This document shows, in pieces, positions 48,680-63,170 of a stretch of DNA of 64,000 nucleotides. The notes below the pieces were generated by a model that did not search any database, had not been told where the DNA came from, and saw only the letters and a program-made list of their open reading frames with translations. The translations under genes and the position numbers were made by a program. This DNA comes from Glaucostegus cemiculus (Eukaryota): contig CDPCPM010000054.1 of the NCBI GenBank assembly GCA_976551045.1, forward strand, positions 28,334,001 to 28,398,000, written 5' to 3'. Numbering within the stretch: the stretch's first letter is position 1; each line of letters begins with the position of its first letter.

Positions 48680-50200
48680 AAAAACGGAAAACTGCAGAAG
48701 CTGTAAATCTGAAATAAAAGTAGAAGATGCTGGAAAAAAGTAGAAAATGCCTCAGAGGAAGTGAAAGAAACAAGAGTTAATGTTGCAAGTGCATTATCTT
48801 CGAACAAAATAAAGAAAAGTCAGACAATTATGATGGAATGCAAACGAAAAATACTAGAAATATTCAGCAGGCCAGGCAGCATCCATGAAGACAGAAAATC
48901 AACCTATAATATTAATTCTGTTTTTCTCTCTCCTTAGATGCTGCCTAATTATTGAGTACTTCCAACATTTTCTATTTTGAAATTTAGTTAGGAAACGATC
49001 TTATAAGAAGGGATTCCAAAAATATAAGGCTGGGATAGCTGAGATTTCAGGGGTATGGTGATGGGATTGGAGAGAAGATACAGAATGAAAGAACATGAAT
49101 GACAAATGAGATATTGAAATGTGGATGTGATGGGGAAGGTAGAGTCAACACCAAAGAAGGTTGGGCATATGGTCATAATTATCATAAAAAAACACAACAT
49201 TCTGGAAACAAATGACAGATCAGGCAGGGTCCAAAGAGAGAAGTACGGTTAACTTTCAGATTAAAGAGTTTTGACTAGAAATGGAAAAAAAAGTGTGATA
49301 AAACTGATTATAAGATATAGAGAAATGGAGGTGACGTAAGAAAACAGAAGAATGGCATTGATGATAGGGGGAAGACAATAATAACTAAATGACACAAGGA
49401 ATAAAGGTGCAAGGCAAATGGGGTGTAATGGTACATGTGAAGAAACAAAAATGGACATGTAACTAGGCAAGGCAGAATCATTTTCTGAAATTAATTAGCT
49501 CATTATTGACCAGACCAGATCAGAGCACTAGCGTCAAAGGACACTACTTCTTGAGCTTGTGTTGAGATTCATTGGAATGGTTAGAGAGCCAGAGGCAGCA
49601 AGGTTGAAGAGGTCATTGTGGAGAAATAAAATGCTAGGTAACCAAAATCATGGGGCCATGGTGTTGAACTGAATGGAGATTGTACTAGAAGATGCTCACC
49701 AGATCTCTCTTTAGTCCCTATTTTTAGAAGGGAATGCAGTGTGAGAGAGAATATATTATAATACATTTAAAAAAATAGAAGTAAATCAGTTTTCATCTGA
49801 AAAGAAGTAGTTGGGCAATGGGAAGATGGATTATAAAATAGTTGTAGTATTTCCTGTGGCATGATGGGGACATTCTGTGAAAGGGGAAGAGTCGGCTTGC
49901 AATGACTGAGGAATGGTTTCTATATGTAAAGGCAGGTGATGTGGGACTGAGGACAAAGAAACTCCCATGTTGTTCTGGAAGACAGGAGAGAAGATAATAG
50001 GATACTGTTGGGAAATGGACCAACCTGTTCAAGAGCATTGTCAACTGTGGTGCAGGGAAATACTTGGTTGAGGGAAAAGAAAGACACATTGGAAGCACCA
50101 TATGAAGTGGAAGGAAGAGTGGAAACAGGTAGCAAAGCTGATGAAAATGTTCCAGTTCTGGCCAATAACGGGAATTTACACTAACGTGATATTGCAAATG
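48680..50200 (-). mobile_element. Degraded Penelope-like element with terminal repeats
   Basis: Antisense GIY-YIG remnant (LKIGTKERSGEHLL in ORF 49581..49766), GA-rich 3' region, and terminal-repeat pieces at 48680-48980 and ~49200. Confidence 0.6.
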
Positions 50201-50359
50201 GGGGTGAAGAAAAAGGCATGGGAATAATTGAAGTGAGGAAATATCAATGCTTGATATCATCCATTCAGATTTAGTTGTTGGCATTCCTTGGTGTCTTTGT
50301 TATTTACAACTCCCTCTTTACTTTTTTGATTATTAAGCTTTTTCAGGAAATGCACTACC

Positions 50360-51230
50360 TGTATATGCAGAACACAAGAGTAGGGAAGTCACAATGAACA
50401 TTTACAAAACACTAGTTTAACCACAATTAGAGTAATGTCCAATTCAAGGTACCACACTTTAGGAAAGATATAAAGGTTTGAGAGAGGATGCAGAAGAAAT
50501 ATACTAAAATTAAATTAAAATTTTTTAAAATTAAATTTTAAATTAAATTTTATTTACAGTGTGGTAACAGGCCCTTTTGGCCCAACGAGTCTGTGCCGCC
50601 CATTTTAAACCCCCAAATCAACCTACCCGTATGTCTTTCAGAATGTGGGAGGAAACCGGAGCACCCGAAGGAAACCCACGCAGACACGGGAGAATGTACA
50701 AACTCCTTACAGTCAGCGACAGGAATCGAACACCGATCGCTGGTGCTGTAACAGGGTCATGCTAACCACTACGCTATCGTGCCGCCCACAAATGGTTTCA
50801 GGAATCAGGGACTTCAGTTATGTGGTTTGAAAGGAGAAGCTGGAGTTGTCCTCCTTGGAACTGAGGAGCTTGGGGGAATCTGAGAGAGGTATCTAAAGGC
50901 TTGAAGGCTACAGAAAGAATAGATAGAGAGAAGGGAGTCAGGAACTAAGGGACATGGGATGAAGGTGACTAGCAAAAGAGCAAATAGTGACATGTGGAAA
51001 AATGATTTTTAAACAGTGAGTGGCTGGAGCCTGAAATGTAGCACTGGCAGCAGATTCAACCATATCAGTGAATGGGAAGCTGTGTAAATATCTGAAAGAA
51101 AACAATATGCAGAGACGTGGAGACAGTATGGGGAAGGAGGATTAGCTGGATTGTTCCTGCATGAATTCAGTACAGACTCGATGGGCTGAATGGTGTTCTG
51201 CTATTTTCTGATCCTGTGATTCTAGTTTCA
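50360..51230 (+). mobile_element. CR1 LINE 3' fragment interrupted by a V-SINE
   Basis: YKTLV.PQLE..PHFRKDIK..ERMQKKYTK before the insert and MVSGIRDFSY after it; tail ACAGACTCGATGGGCTGAATGG. Confidence 0.8.
50545..50790 (-). mobile_element. Young HE1-like V-SINE with CR1-type tail
   Basis: GAATGTGGGAGGAAACCGGAGCACCCGAAGGAAACCCACGCAGACACGGG, with AT-rich tail repeats at 50510-50555. Confidence 0.88.
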
Positions 51231-51989
51231 TACAATTCTTAGCTTTCAACTGAGTTGAAGGTAAAACCTGTACCAGGATAAAATACAGGGGTTGTGGATG
51301 TTGAAGCAAAGCCAGAACTGAGGAAACCTTCAGCAGGTGAAGAACAACAAGAGTGTTCATCAAGGGTTGGAAGGTGTTAGAGATCATTTTAGTACCCTGG
51401 GGAAATTTTTAACAATCAAGAGGTTTGGACGTAAGCAGGGAGATGTAAATTGCAAAAGAAACAAGGAAATAGTCAGAGGTGACTACTTTAATGGTGAGGA
51501 CATGTGAGAAAATAAATAATTTGCCCATGGGTGTGGGCAAGAGGTTGATGCAGATTTGAGGTTAAAGGTATACAAGTATGTAAGTAAATCATAGGAGAAC
51601 TATCAAAATAAATTAATATGGAGGTTGATGTCTTGAAGGAAGAATTCTCTCGGTAAATGTAAAAGAAACACTCTGTGTAATAACTGAATGAAGTCTTGAC
51701 AGAATGCTAAGCTACAAGGACTTCCAAAGAAAAGCTGAAATTGTAAAAGTAGGACAAACATTCCAGTGAGGAAACAAAAACTCAAGTGACAGGTGAAAAG
51801 CTTAAAATGTTGATTAGGGTCAAGCCATGATTGGTGACATGTGAAACATGTGGATTTCATGACAAAAAAGATAAGTTTTATGCAAGGCCAGGAAACTGTT
51901 TTGTTCGGGATTGTGAAGAAAGTTTGCTTCGAGAGGAACTGGTGCTCTGAAGAACAACAGCACAGTTGAACAGCAAACAGTAAGAGCAC

Positions 51990-52605
51990 ACCAGCACCTC
52001 TACTTACTCAGAACGATAAAGAAATGTCCCCTTTGGCCCTGGCCAATCTTTACAGATGCACCCTAGAATGCATCCTACCTGATGCATCATGGCTTGGTAT
52101 GGCAATTGCTCTGCTTGGGACTGCAAGAAACTGAAGAGCTATGGGCACAACTCAGCACATCATAGAAACCAACCTACCTTCCATGGATTTTGTCTACACT
52201 TCCCCTGCCTCAGTAAAGCAGCCACGTAATCATAGACTCCACCCACCCTGGACATTCTCCCTTCTCTCCCTTTCCATCAGGCAGAAGATACAAAAGCCTG
52301 AAAACACATACCACTAGATTCAAGGACAGCTTCTATCCTGCTGTTATGAAATTATTAAACAATTCCCTAGTTTGATAAGGGTGGACTCTTGACTTCACAA
52401 TTTACTTTGTTATGGCCTTGCAACTTATAGTCTGCCTGCACTGCATTTTCTCTGTTAAATAATATTTTATTCTGCATTCTGTTATTGTTTTCCTTTGTAC
52501 TACCTTAATGCACTGATGTAATGAAATGATCTGTATGGATGACATGTAAGACCAAGTTTTTCACTGTACCTCAGTACATGTGACAATAACAAACCAATTT
52601 ACTAA
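51990..52605 (+). mobile_element. Rex1/Babar-clade LINE 3' fragment
   Basis: HLYLLR..NLYRCTLECIL..AWYGNCSA..HPGHS..PSGRRYKSLKTHTTRFKDSFYPAVMKLLN plus 3'UTR. Confidence 0.88.
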
Positions 52606-55600
52606 TTTTCTTAACTGTGGATTTGGAAAGGCAGCAACGGGACATGAATGTATAATAGGAAGTGCATGGAGTGACTGAAGAATGAACTGGGTGGCATGAA
52701 TCCTGTTGAGGTAGAGGCCATACTTTATTTTCAAAGTTAAGAGTATCATTTGAGTAAACTACCCTCCAAAGTCCATGAAGTGGGCATATATAACTATATC
52801 TTTACTATTGCTGGTTCAGAATCCTAGAATTTCCAACCTAACACCGATGTAAGAGAAGCATTTCCTGAAAGACTGCAGCAATTCATGGAGAAAGCAATCT
52901 TTCTAATGCTCTACCAGCATGTTTCACAAGCAGAAAATGAATCAAAGTTAGCAGCAAAGCAATGTTTGTAAATACATTGCAGATATTACAATCTATGCAA
53001 TTGAGTTACATATTTTTCTGGCAAAGAAATTCTCCAGTGTTGTTTAATGAGTAATTTTAATGAATAGAATATTGAAACTTCTTTTAAAAAAATAGAGTGG
53101 ATGAACAGGCACAGACTGTGTTTAGGTATGTTGTTGACTGACGTTAGTGAGTACTATGTTGACAGCAACATGTGATGCAGTATGATTTTATCTTGATTTC
53201 AGCAATTTGCCGCTGATGAAAATGAAGGACATATTTAGAGTTCTACATTTGTGCAACTGAATGACATAAGTTTCCACCAATCTGCGCAATATGTGCATAA
53301 AATATGTGGTGCAGGTTTCCTTGTTTTTCTCTGTCCGATGATTTCACCCTTAAGTGAACTCAGTCACGGATCTATTCCAGCACGCTTTCAGACCTCTTCT
53401 CTACACTTTCATTCAAGTTGTTTGCTTTGGCAAGTTCTGTATTCTTAAAAACAATTTAGCCAAGAATATCAATCACTCCAAGCACCCAAACACAAACAAA
53501 GTTGTGATGACAAAATGAAACATACTGCAAGCAAAACATTTGTGGTGAGTGAAAAATATACTACATGCTTTTGTTATTGTTTCTGTCAAGCAAGAAAGGT
53601 TCATTTGGGTTGTCAGGCCTTGTCATGTGAACTTTTTGCAATTACTTTGTAAAAGAACAAAAACAGTGATTTCAAAAGAATACCAATTGCTGAACTGCAA
53701 TTGAAATAATTTTACCCTATATTATAATCAGCTTTACACTGTAGTGCTGTACCAGCAATTGGACCAAAGGCCAAACCTGTGGAAGTGTTGACAGTGAACT
53801 AAAGAAAATTGTTGTAGAAAGCAAAAAAAATTCAGAAATATGTGACATGATTTACATGAATAAATTGCAGTTTCTCAGCTATCACAGTCATGGGAATGAT
53901 CAATGTTTACTTCAGTCAGTCTTCTCAAACATTGTGTGACTCCACAATCACCAGAAGTTATCATGAGATATTTAGAATATTGTTACATACTGTCAGCTGT
54001 ATAAAAGGAAATAGGTAGAAACTTCCCTCAATCTGGCAATCTGGATTATAATACTCAGAATAGCTGCCAAGCAATTAGTAAACTTCAATGAGAAATTACT
54101 AGCAAACCGCATCAAGCCAGTTATATGACAATGAACTGGATTCAACCTTTAGTATATTTCAATGACTAATATAGGGGTGATGATACAGTATATGTGGATC
54201 ATTCTACAATGTAATCAAAGCAAAGTTGTATTGTCCATTATATTCTCTGAGGTTAGTGACAAGGGCATCTAGCTCACCAGATGCCAGTTATTAACAAAAA
54301 CTGATAAGGTGGAAGCCTGATCTCTAAAAGCATCTGTAGGTGAACAGGAAATTTCATCCACCTTCTCTAGGGTTCTCTAATGCTGTACTCAGCTGATACT
54401 GAAAGAAGCTGTTCTCTGTGAAGGAAATGACAGATGCACAAGTAAATACAGAAATGTGATGAGTCCACTCTGGGTGTTTCTGACAGCTGAGTTCTTCAGT
54501 ATAACAGGTTCAGGCACTATCTTTCACTCATTCACCTGCAACTGGTACCAACCTAAAATATCAACCAAAGCTGAATGCCTCCTCGGTCATTACATCGATT
54601 ATGGTATAAGATCTTTAATAATCGGTGTCAATCCACTAATTATATGCATTTACCAAGCATCATGCATCACTGTTTCCTGGAAAACAACTAGTTACATTTA
54701 GCTGAAGGAAAGTTAATGTGGGATATTTCCTAAATGCAACAGATAGCTAAATAGAAATATTCCAAAGAGTATCTCATCAGAAGGAGGTGCAAGCAATTTA
54801 TAACAGATAATGCTGGAAACACTCAGTAGGTCGGGCAGCATCTTGTATTACTTACCTTAGCTGCCACTGTCAGGTTATTAACATTCTGTTAACATTGATA
54901 AACTATATGGCTGTCATTGGCATTGCCATTTCATTCTTCTTGACACTTGTGATTTACTTCTCTAACTTTCTTTAATGCAGCTCCAGTAATTTTTCTTTAC
55001 TTTTCATTTTGTTGAAATCCTTTAGTTATGAACAGCAAGGTTTGAATTATTTACCTTAGTCTTAGAGTTGTCCGAGAATGAGCTGCATTTAACAAATATG
55101 AATGTCATCCTAGAAATTCTGAAGCCTACCTGAAAATACACTTGAAATGTTATTAACCCAAATATTAACAAAATTTGTTAATCAAATTGCTAAGAATTGT
55201 TAACCAACCTTGTTGTTAAGAAAAAAATAAGATTCTAACTTGTCTCAGTCTGTTTGACAATTGTAGTTATTTTAATCTTTGCATCTTTCACAGTTTATAT
55301 TTCATGTTATTCTCTTGATGAGGCACCTAAAAGAATCTTTTCCCAACCTTCAGCCTCCACTTATACAGGATGAATTAGCAAATAAAAAAAAGGACAAATT
55401 GTCTTGGACTTCAATTGTTCAATGTGCTACAAATTCTGATAGGGTATATGGATCAGTATTACAAACAGCTAACCAGTATTTACACCATCTGAAGGAAAAA
55501 GAATCAAACAATAAACACAATTCTCTGGAAACAAGACAGTGGAAGTTGGAGGAACTGACCTGAGATTGCCTTGATCTGAATGGTTTAGCGATAATCCAAT

Positions 55601-56294
55601 TAATTACACCAGTATCAGATAAACATCCCATTAAAAATGTGTTCCATTGTCTTTCCAACTCTGTATGGGCTGGGACTGTTCTCTGCCAGGTAGGATGAGA
55701 GTATTTAATCTATGCTCTGTTGATGTTTCCAATACATGAGAGATGGATATAGGGCTATGTAAGGTCCAATCAGCGATCTAATTGAGAACCTGTAACATGT
55801 TCTCTCGATGGGGGAATATATCTTGAACTTCACGAGTAGAACTGCCAGGATATCATATTTACCTGAAGAGGAAGGTTTTCAACTTCCAGTCTGGGACTCA
55901 TATTTAGATTTCACTTACATAGTTCATGCTCAAATGTACATCTTTTTTGCTTGCTTGGCACAATTTGTGTTGTCCTTTTGGTTATGTGGTTGATGCATGC
56001 CGAACTAAAGAATGATCAAAATGTACTTTCCAGATATTTGCTTTGGATTTATGTTGCTGCTCCTGTAAGAAAGGTTTCCAAGCCACTTGAAGTTGTAATT
56101 CAATAATCCGACTGAAATTAACATCAACAACGTTTGCAGCATTAGATTAAGGGTGATCAAGCCACGTTGGCAAATTACAATGCAGCAACATTAAGACATT
56201 GAGCTCTTCCCAAGAGTGCTGTGTCTAAGAAGGTAGGTTAAAAAGGAACACAGCGGAATCAGGTTTCACCAAATACAGAAGTATCCTACACCAA

Positions 56295-56604
56295 ACAGTG
56301 CCTCAGGGATCAGTGCTGGGCTTCATCTAGTTACAGTAAATTGAATAAAGGGACTAAGTGTACTGCACCCAAATTTGCTAATAATACAAAGGTGAGCAAA
56401 TTGTGAGAAGGATGCAAGGAATCTGTGAAGGGATATAGACAGGTTAAACGAGTAGCAAAGAAGTTGGAAAATGGACATGAGGTATTTCTTTTCTCAGAGG
56501 GTTCTGATCCTTTGGAATTACCTACCCCAAAGAGCTATGGAGGTGGATCCACTGAATATATTCAAGGCAGAGAGTGACAGATATTTGAACCACAAGTGAT
56601 CTAA
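56295..56604 (+). mobile_element. CR1 RT fragments next to an assembly gap
   Basis: VPQGSVLG, KFANNTK, DIDRLNE and FFSQRVL..WNYLPQRA. Confidence 0.75.
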
Positions 56605-56742
56605 NNNNNNNNNNNNNNNNNNNNNNNNNNNNNNNNNNNNNNNNNNNNNNNNNNNNNNNNNNNNNNNNNNNNNNNNNNNNNNNNNNNNNNNNNNNNNNNN
56701 NNNNNNNNNNNNNNNNNNNNNNNNNNNNNNNNNNNNNNNNNN
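56605..56742. other. Assembly gap (138 N)
   Basis: Run of N. Confidence 1.
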
Positions 56743-58139
56743 AGGTTAGAGACAATGGGCTTATATTTCTTATGATCTGAAATGCTGCAGATAATGTTGA
56801 TGTTATGTAAACCAGAAATTGTGGAAATTGTCCCCAGTAAAGGTAGGTGGCAGGAGAATCAGCAGGGGTAGAGTTGATGGGGATATGAGAGGAAAAGTTT
56901 GATTAATGCAGATGTGTGTTTGATGGTCTGAACAAATTCAGGGCGGGGGTGGGGGGGAAGGCTGAGAACCTATTGACATGCTATATGACTCCATGATATT
57001 ATACTGTCAATCATTTATTCTTGAAATCTTTCATTTCTGCACTAATATACAATCGAACACTATGCACAATATAATATAAAATCATGAGGGATATGTTCTG
57101 TTATATTTATGATGTTAGAAATATGAAAAGGTATAAGTAAATGGTACAGGAAATGCCTACAATAGCCTCCTTTCACAATATAACATTCTATAATTCTATC
57201 TCACTTAATAAGAGTCAAATCCCAGTTCTAACCCAAAGAAACATCAAAACCTAGTTCTATCACATTCTCAGTCTCATTGTATTGCAACAATCCAACACAA
57301 ATAAAGGAAATGTAAACTAAAACCAACTCCCAGCTGTTATTATAGGATAGGACTGTCAATGTAAGGCAGTGTACAAAATAACCAGATAATAATGGCCTCC
57401 TGAATTTTCAAAGGTAGTGAGAGGCATCTCGTGGAGAAATAAAAAAATTAACTCAATGGCTTGAATGATCTTAGTCCGTGCCATAACAATTTTCTCATTC
57501 TTTCCATGAAAAGAAAAAAAATCACATTAAATTGTTGGCCCTGATTTTAACTCAAGATGATTATATGGAAGCTGGCCCTCTGGAGCAGAAAATTTTGTCG
57601 TTATTTATACTTCAGACAGTAATTTTCTGTTTAGACAATCAGTGATATTACAGAAATGGACTTCTTCACCACTAACTTACTACAATTAAGTTGAATGCAT
57701 CCAAGATTTAACCTCTCAGAAGCAGACAAACAGCATGGTGCTGTCACAGATGTTGGAAGTGGAGAAGTAAGGCTGGGTACCAGTAAACAAGTCATGAAAC
57801 AGCCACAATGACCTGCATGCAATTTCTTTTTTCCAACATAAGTGCCAATAAATGTGTGGTTCCTGCCCGAACTGGAAGTCCTGAATTCACCCAGATAAAA
57901 ACAACCAACAATTCCCTAGCTGTGCTCTGTTGCCGAACTCCACATGGAGGAGGAATTCCTCCAAATGGTAGTGGAGGAATTTGCTGAGGTTTTCCAACAC
58001 TTACTCTGAGAAATCTGCTGGTTCAAATGTTGAGTCAGATTGGACTTTTTAGCCTATTCATTTGGATAAAGATTCTGTGGAGAAGAAAGCTAGCTCCATA
58101 GTTATCTCAACACCACCTCCTCTAACCTTCCTTACATGC

Positions 58140-59230
58140 TCCCAATGTCTTGGTCTCTGTCTTATCTGTTCTGATTAATCAGACTTTCCAGTGCTTCACA
58201 GGTCTCTTCTTTTCACCTCTCTAACATGGTTGACAGGTCCTCAACCATGTCTCGCTTATTTCCTAAACTTCTGCTCTCAGCCTGTCTCCTCTGATCCAGA
58301 AAAGATTCTTCTCAACCCCACCTTACACCCGACCAGCCACCCATTCAACACATCATCTTCTGTAACTTCCACCATCTTCAATGAGTGCCGCCAACTTATC
58401 TCACTCAGCATTCCAGAGGGGACATTCACTCCTAGGTTTGTCCTTCCACCAACCGCTTCCTTTGTCACTGCACTTTCCCACGCAACTGCAGAGGATGCAG
58501 CACCTGCAACTGTAGGAGATGCAATCACCATTCAAGGACTTAAACAGGACTTCCAGCTGAAGCAGTGAGCATAGCAGTTAGCATAATGCTTTGACAGCAG
58601 CAGTGACCTGGGTTCAATTCTGGCTGCTGCCTGTAAGGAGTTTGTACATTCTCCCCATGTCTGTGTGGATTTCCTCTGGGTGCTCCAGTTTCCTCCCACA
58701 TTCCAAAGATGTACAGGTTAGGAGCTGTGGGCATACTAAGTTGGCGCCAGAAAAGTGGCTACACTTGTGTGCTGCCTCCAGCAACACAAAAAGACATATT
58801 TCACTGTGTTTTGATGTACATGTGACAAATAAGTAAATATCTTACCTTATCCAATCTTGTATACTGTGTTCAATGTTCACAATATTGCCTCCTTTATATT
58901 GGAAAACCCCAAGGTAGATTGAGTGATCACTTTGCAGATCTTCTTTCAGTTCACAAGGGTGACCCTGAGCTTCCAGTTGCCTGTCACCTTAATTCTCCAT
59001 CCCACTCCCACTTTGACTTTGCCTTTGGCCTTCCACACTTTCCAGTGAAGCCCAATGTTAACTCTTCCAATAGGCATGCTGTGTCCCAATGCTGAATTTC
59101 AAATAACCAGCCTTTCCTATATGCATCAAAACTGGCTGGCTCTGGTTGAGGTCATCCATATGTAATATTAATACAGTTTTCCAGTCTCCACAGACACTGA
59201 TCTTTTTTTCCATATTTCAGATTGCCAGCA
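58140..59230 (+). mobile_element. Penelope-like element split by a V-SINE
   Basis: PTLHPTSHP..TIQGLKQDFQLKQ before the insert; NLVYCVQCSQYCLLYIG..RLSDHFA..GDPELPVACHLNSPSHSH (GIY-YIG) after it. Confidence 0.8.
58560..58840 (+). mobile_element. HE1-like V-SINE with Rex1-type tail
   Basis: GCATAGCAGTTAGC..GGGTTCAATTC..TTTCCTCCCACATTCCAAAGA..TTTCACTGTGTTTTGATGTACATGTGACAAATAA. Confidence 0.85.
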
Positions 59231-59344
59231 ATTGCTTGTGTTCTTTCTCACACAGTGCCAGCATGTGGTAGCTGTTTGTTTTTTTCTGCCTTTATACATC
59301 TTCCTCTATTTATACACGTCAAGACGAATCAGCTATAATTAGCT

Positions 59345-59880
59345 GGATGGCAGATCACAGCTGAAATACTGTGTGCATTTCTGGTCAGCACACTTCTAGG
59401 AAGGACGTGATTCCACTGGAGAGGATGCAGAGGAGGTTCACCAGGATGTTGCCTGGGATGGAGCATTTCATCTGTGAGGAGAGACTGGATTGACTGGGTT
59501 TGTTTTCAGAGTAGAGGAGGCTGAGGGGAGGGGTCTGATATATGCGTGCAAAATTATGAGGGGCATAGTCAAGGTAGATAGTAAGGAACTTTTCCCCATG
59601 GAAGAAGTGTCTATGATCAGAGGGAATTGTTTAAGGCGAAGTTTAGAGCGGATCGGAGGAAGAATTTTTTCACTCAGAGGGTTGTTTGGAATTTGGAACA
59701 CACTGTATAAGAAGGTGGTGGAGGCAGATACTCTCACACCATTTGAGAAGCATCTGAACAAGCACTCAAATTCTCAAGGCATCTTCAGCTATGGGCCACA
59801 TGCTCCTAAATGGGATTAGTGTAGATAGGTACTTGATGTTCAGCCTAGATATTGTGGGCCAAAGGGCCTGTTTAACCATT
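59345..59880 (+). mobile_element. CR1 LINE 3' fragment
   Basis: RSQLKYCVHFWSAH.RKDVIPLERMQRRFTRMLPGMEHF..KIMRGIVKVD; tail GTGGGCCAAAGGGCCTGTT. Confidence 0.88.
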
Positions 59881-60919
59881 TTGTTGTTGATTTTATTCCA
59901 TCATTGCCATGATCTATATAGTGGTGTAGAGATGGTGCTGAAATTAGGCTGCCACAATACAAGACCTTCATTACAAATGAACACCAAGAGAGAGAAGATA
60001 AGATTGCAACTATAGTGTAAATGTGAATTAGAATTGTGGTCAGTGAAGTTATAGTTTGATTAGTTGATCACAGACAGCCCAGCCAGAAATTGATTCCCTA
60101 AATTCCTTACTGTTTTCTTCCTTCTCCTGCTCCTCCACCTGGATTGCACTCAACAGCTGATGATAAGGCTATGAATTTTCCAGTATGTGAAGCATACAGA
60201 ATTGGAGAACTGCTTGAGTTCCAGGCAGCTGATGCATTGTTTGAGTCAGCTCAGTGAGTCTGCAAGTTACAGCAGAGCTCTACTTATGGGCATATTCTGA
60301 ACTGGGTTTCATAGTCAAGTCAAGCATTGTCTCCAAGTAACTATGCTTTGGTCTGATGTGGTGGCTCAAAGATGGAGGGCAGAACAAAATGCCATAAAAC
60401 AAAAAGCATCAAGACTGTTACTGGGCATCAGGCAGTGATCATCAAGATCTTTTGGGTATGGTCATGGTCATGGAACAATTACAGAATGAGTGAAAGCCTA
60501 TTACATTGTCTAACACACCAAGATTCAAATGTGGTATTCTAACATGATGTCAGTACATGATGACACCCCACACCAATGAGAAGCCCAAGATCCCAGTGAA
60601 TCTGTGTGACCATTTGGCAATTGGATGCAGGTAGTTCCAGAACATTGAAAGCACATCAGCAACAATAGTGACCAAACAACAGGCATTATGGAGCAGAATT
60701 CCACAGAACAGGATCTGCTCCAGAATGCTGGAAAATTGATTTAATAATTTGAGAGATCAACTTGAAGGAAGGACCCCAACCTTCAACATCCCCCTCACTC
60801 CATCTATCAAAGAAATACTGGCCCAGAGCTTGTGGTAAGCAGTGAAGTGCCTGCACTTACCGTTGATTTACTAGGAAGTTTCACACATAGCTCCTGCTGC
60901 TCCTCTGGCAGGAACTTAA

Positions 60920-61223
60920 GATAAAAGATAAGATAAGATTTCTTTATTAGTCACATGTACATTGAAACACAAAGTGAAATGCATCTTTTGCGTAGAGTGT
61001 TCTGGAGGCAGCCTCAAAGTGTCACCATGCATCCGGCACCAACATAGCATGTCCACAACTTCCTAACCTGTACATCTTTGGAATGTGGGAGGATACAGGA
61101 GCACCCAGAGGAAACCCACACTGACACGGGGAGAACGTACAAACTCCTTACAGGCAGTGGCTGGAATTGAACCCGGGTCGCTGGTGCTGTAAAAGTGTTA
61201 CACTAACTGCTACGCAACCGTGC
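60920..61223 (-). mobile_element. HE1-like V-SINE with Rex1-type tail
   Basis: TTTATTAGTCACATGTACATTGAAACACAAAGTGAAATGC..GAATGTGGGAGG..GAATTGAACCCGGGTCGCTGG, with an (AGATA)n tail. Confidence 0.85.
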
Positions 61224-62879
61224 AGAAAAAACTGTGTCATCTCTCATGTCAAGCATAACAATACCATACTCTGTACTAATGGACACACATGGTCGGTGGA
61301 GTGGTAGACAGAACAGAGAAACCTAAATAGCCTGAACTTGAATGTTTCTTAGAAACACAAAAAAACCTAAAATCTATTAAATACTATTGAAAAAAATAAA
61401 ATTCTTAAACATTATAAATACTTAAACATAAAAAATTAATTGCATTCAGTGAGGAACCCCACCACATATGGGGAGAGTGGTGAAACCACTGCATCCTCCT
61501 GGATATGGAGTACTCTGACCCACTTCCTTACTGGGAGACCATTTGTGACTCACCATGTCTAAACCACAACTTAACCATTCTCTACAATGTGATTTGCTTG
61601 TGTCTGAGCTAGTGTCTGCAATCGCAGAATGGGGTGTCTTCTTCACTCAGCAGCCGGGCTTCCGTACTCACTTGGAAATTCCAAATAGGAAGACAATTAT
61701 GGAGGGAAACATCGGAAAATATATGGTGATCTATCCTGCAAACTCCATGTTTTCGTGAATATCTGCATCCAAAGCCATCACTGTTGCAGTAGTTCATGGT
61801 CGATACCCTCTGTTACGACGTGATCATTACAGTCAGTCAAGCAGACCATATGTAGGTTGTAAAAAGCTTAAGATGCAATGCTGTAACCAAAAGCAGCTGG
61901 CATGCACATTTTTTCTCCACAGGTAAAAATGCAGACACATAAACCAGTCACAATTAAAGGAAAATGTTAACTTGTAAATGTGTCAAAACAAAGACGGGGA
62001 AGCAAAATTGCATTTTGGTGTCATGTGGAAGTTGCTTTGACCTCCTATGAAGAAGGGCAAAGGGAGAAATTGGATAGCGGTGGAAAATATGTGCCGAAAC
62101 CCTGGTGCACATTCAGCCTGCTCCTGTTTGACCCAGTGCAAAAGCACATAAAGTTCATGCTCCCACCTCATTTTCATGATTGTAGCACCCAGCTGTCATC
62201 AAACGAACTGCTTCTTGCATCAGTGCATGCTCACGGAGAGCAATTTCATGAGTGGCTAGCACCAGTTCAAACTGACTCAAACTGACTAAGGCCATGTCAG
62301 AACCTCTTAAATCAGAAATGCTCATTGCCTCTAGGCACTGGTGGAAGTCATTCCAAAGATTTTGGAAGCCGAGTAGAAGCCATCTCTCTTGCCCTTGTGG
62401 CTTCTGGCAGTCCTTCTGGCTCCTCTTCTTCTCCTCCAGTCCTTCAGAGTTAGGCTGCACTTTCGCCCATGTTTGCAACTATCAACCCTTCAGCATCTCA
62501 GCTGAGGAATATCATGAGGTGGAATGAGGGGTGTTCCTGCACCTAAGCAGACTGCTTGGATCCCTCGACCAAAAAAAAACTGCTTCATTACAGATCGATT
62601 ATTGAGGTTCCCCATTGGATGGCATGGGGATGCTACATTAGATCCCACTGGAGCGGAGGAGCTGACAAGCTGTGCTGACCTGAACCGAGAACCATTTTCA
62701 AAGACAAATTATTCAGATACGCCATGGTTTGCAGAAATTGTCTTCAGAGTCTCAAAGGTCCATTCTGTGGAGACACACATCCTACAATCAACTTGCAACT
62801 TCTGGAAGGATGAGCTGGCCACTGGGTGTTTTCCTTACAGGCGTGGGCAGCTGTGGCCTCCAGCAGCAGGGATACTGCG

Positions 62880-63170
62880 TCATAACTTAGTGGACCAGTA
62901 GTCAGAGTTATGGATCACTAATCAAGAAGCATGAGTTCAAATCTCACCATGGAAGGTGAACAATTTAAATTCAAGTAATTAAATAAAACTAGATTTGTTT
63001 AAAAAAAACAAGCTCAGTAAAGGTAACCATGATCTAGCAGGTAGTTATTTAAACCTGCCTAGTTCATTAATTCCCTTCTGGGATGGAAATCTGCCACCCT
63101 TACCTGGTCTGTCTTATGTGTGACTCCTGACCTACAAATGTGGTGGACTCTTAATTGCTTCCTCAGTGTC
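62880..63170 (+). mobile_element. tRNA-derived SINE (second family) inserted into Gypsy pol
   Basis: GAGTTCAAATCTCACCATGG..GGAAATCTGCCACCCTTACCTGGTCTG..GTGACTCC..GACTCTTAA. Confidence 0.75.

Noticed and set aside
62155-62901. Cluster of 77-125 aa ORFs as exons of a host gene
   Set aside because: Explained by the decayed Gypsy integrase and its antisense frames.
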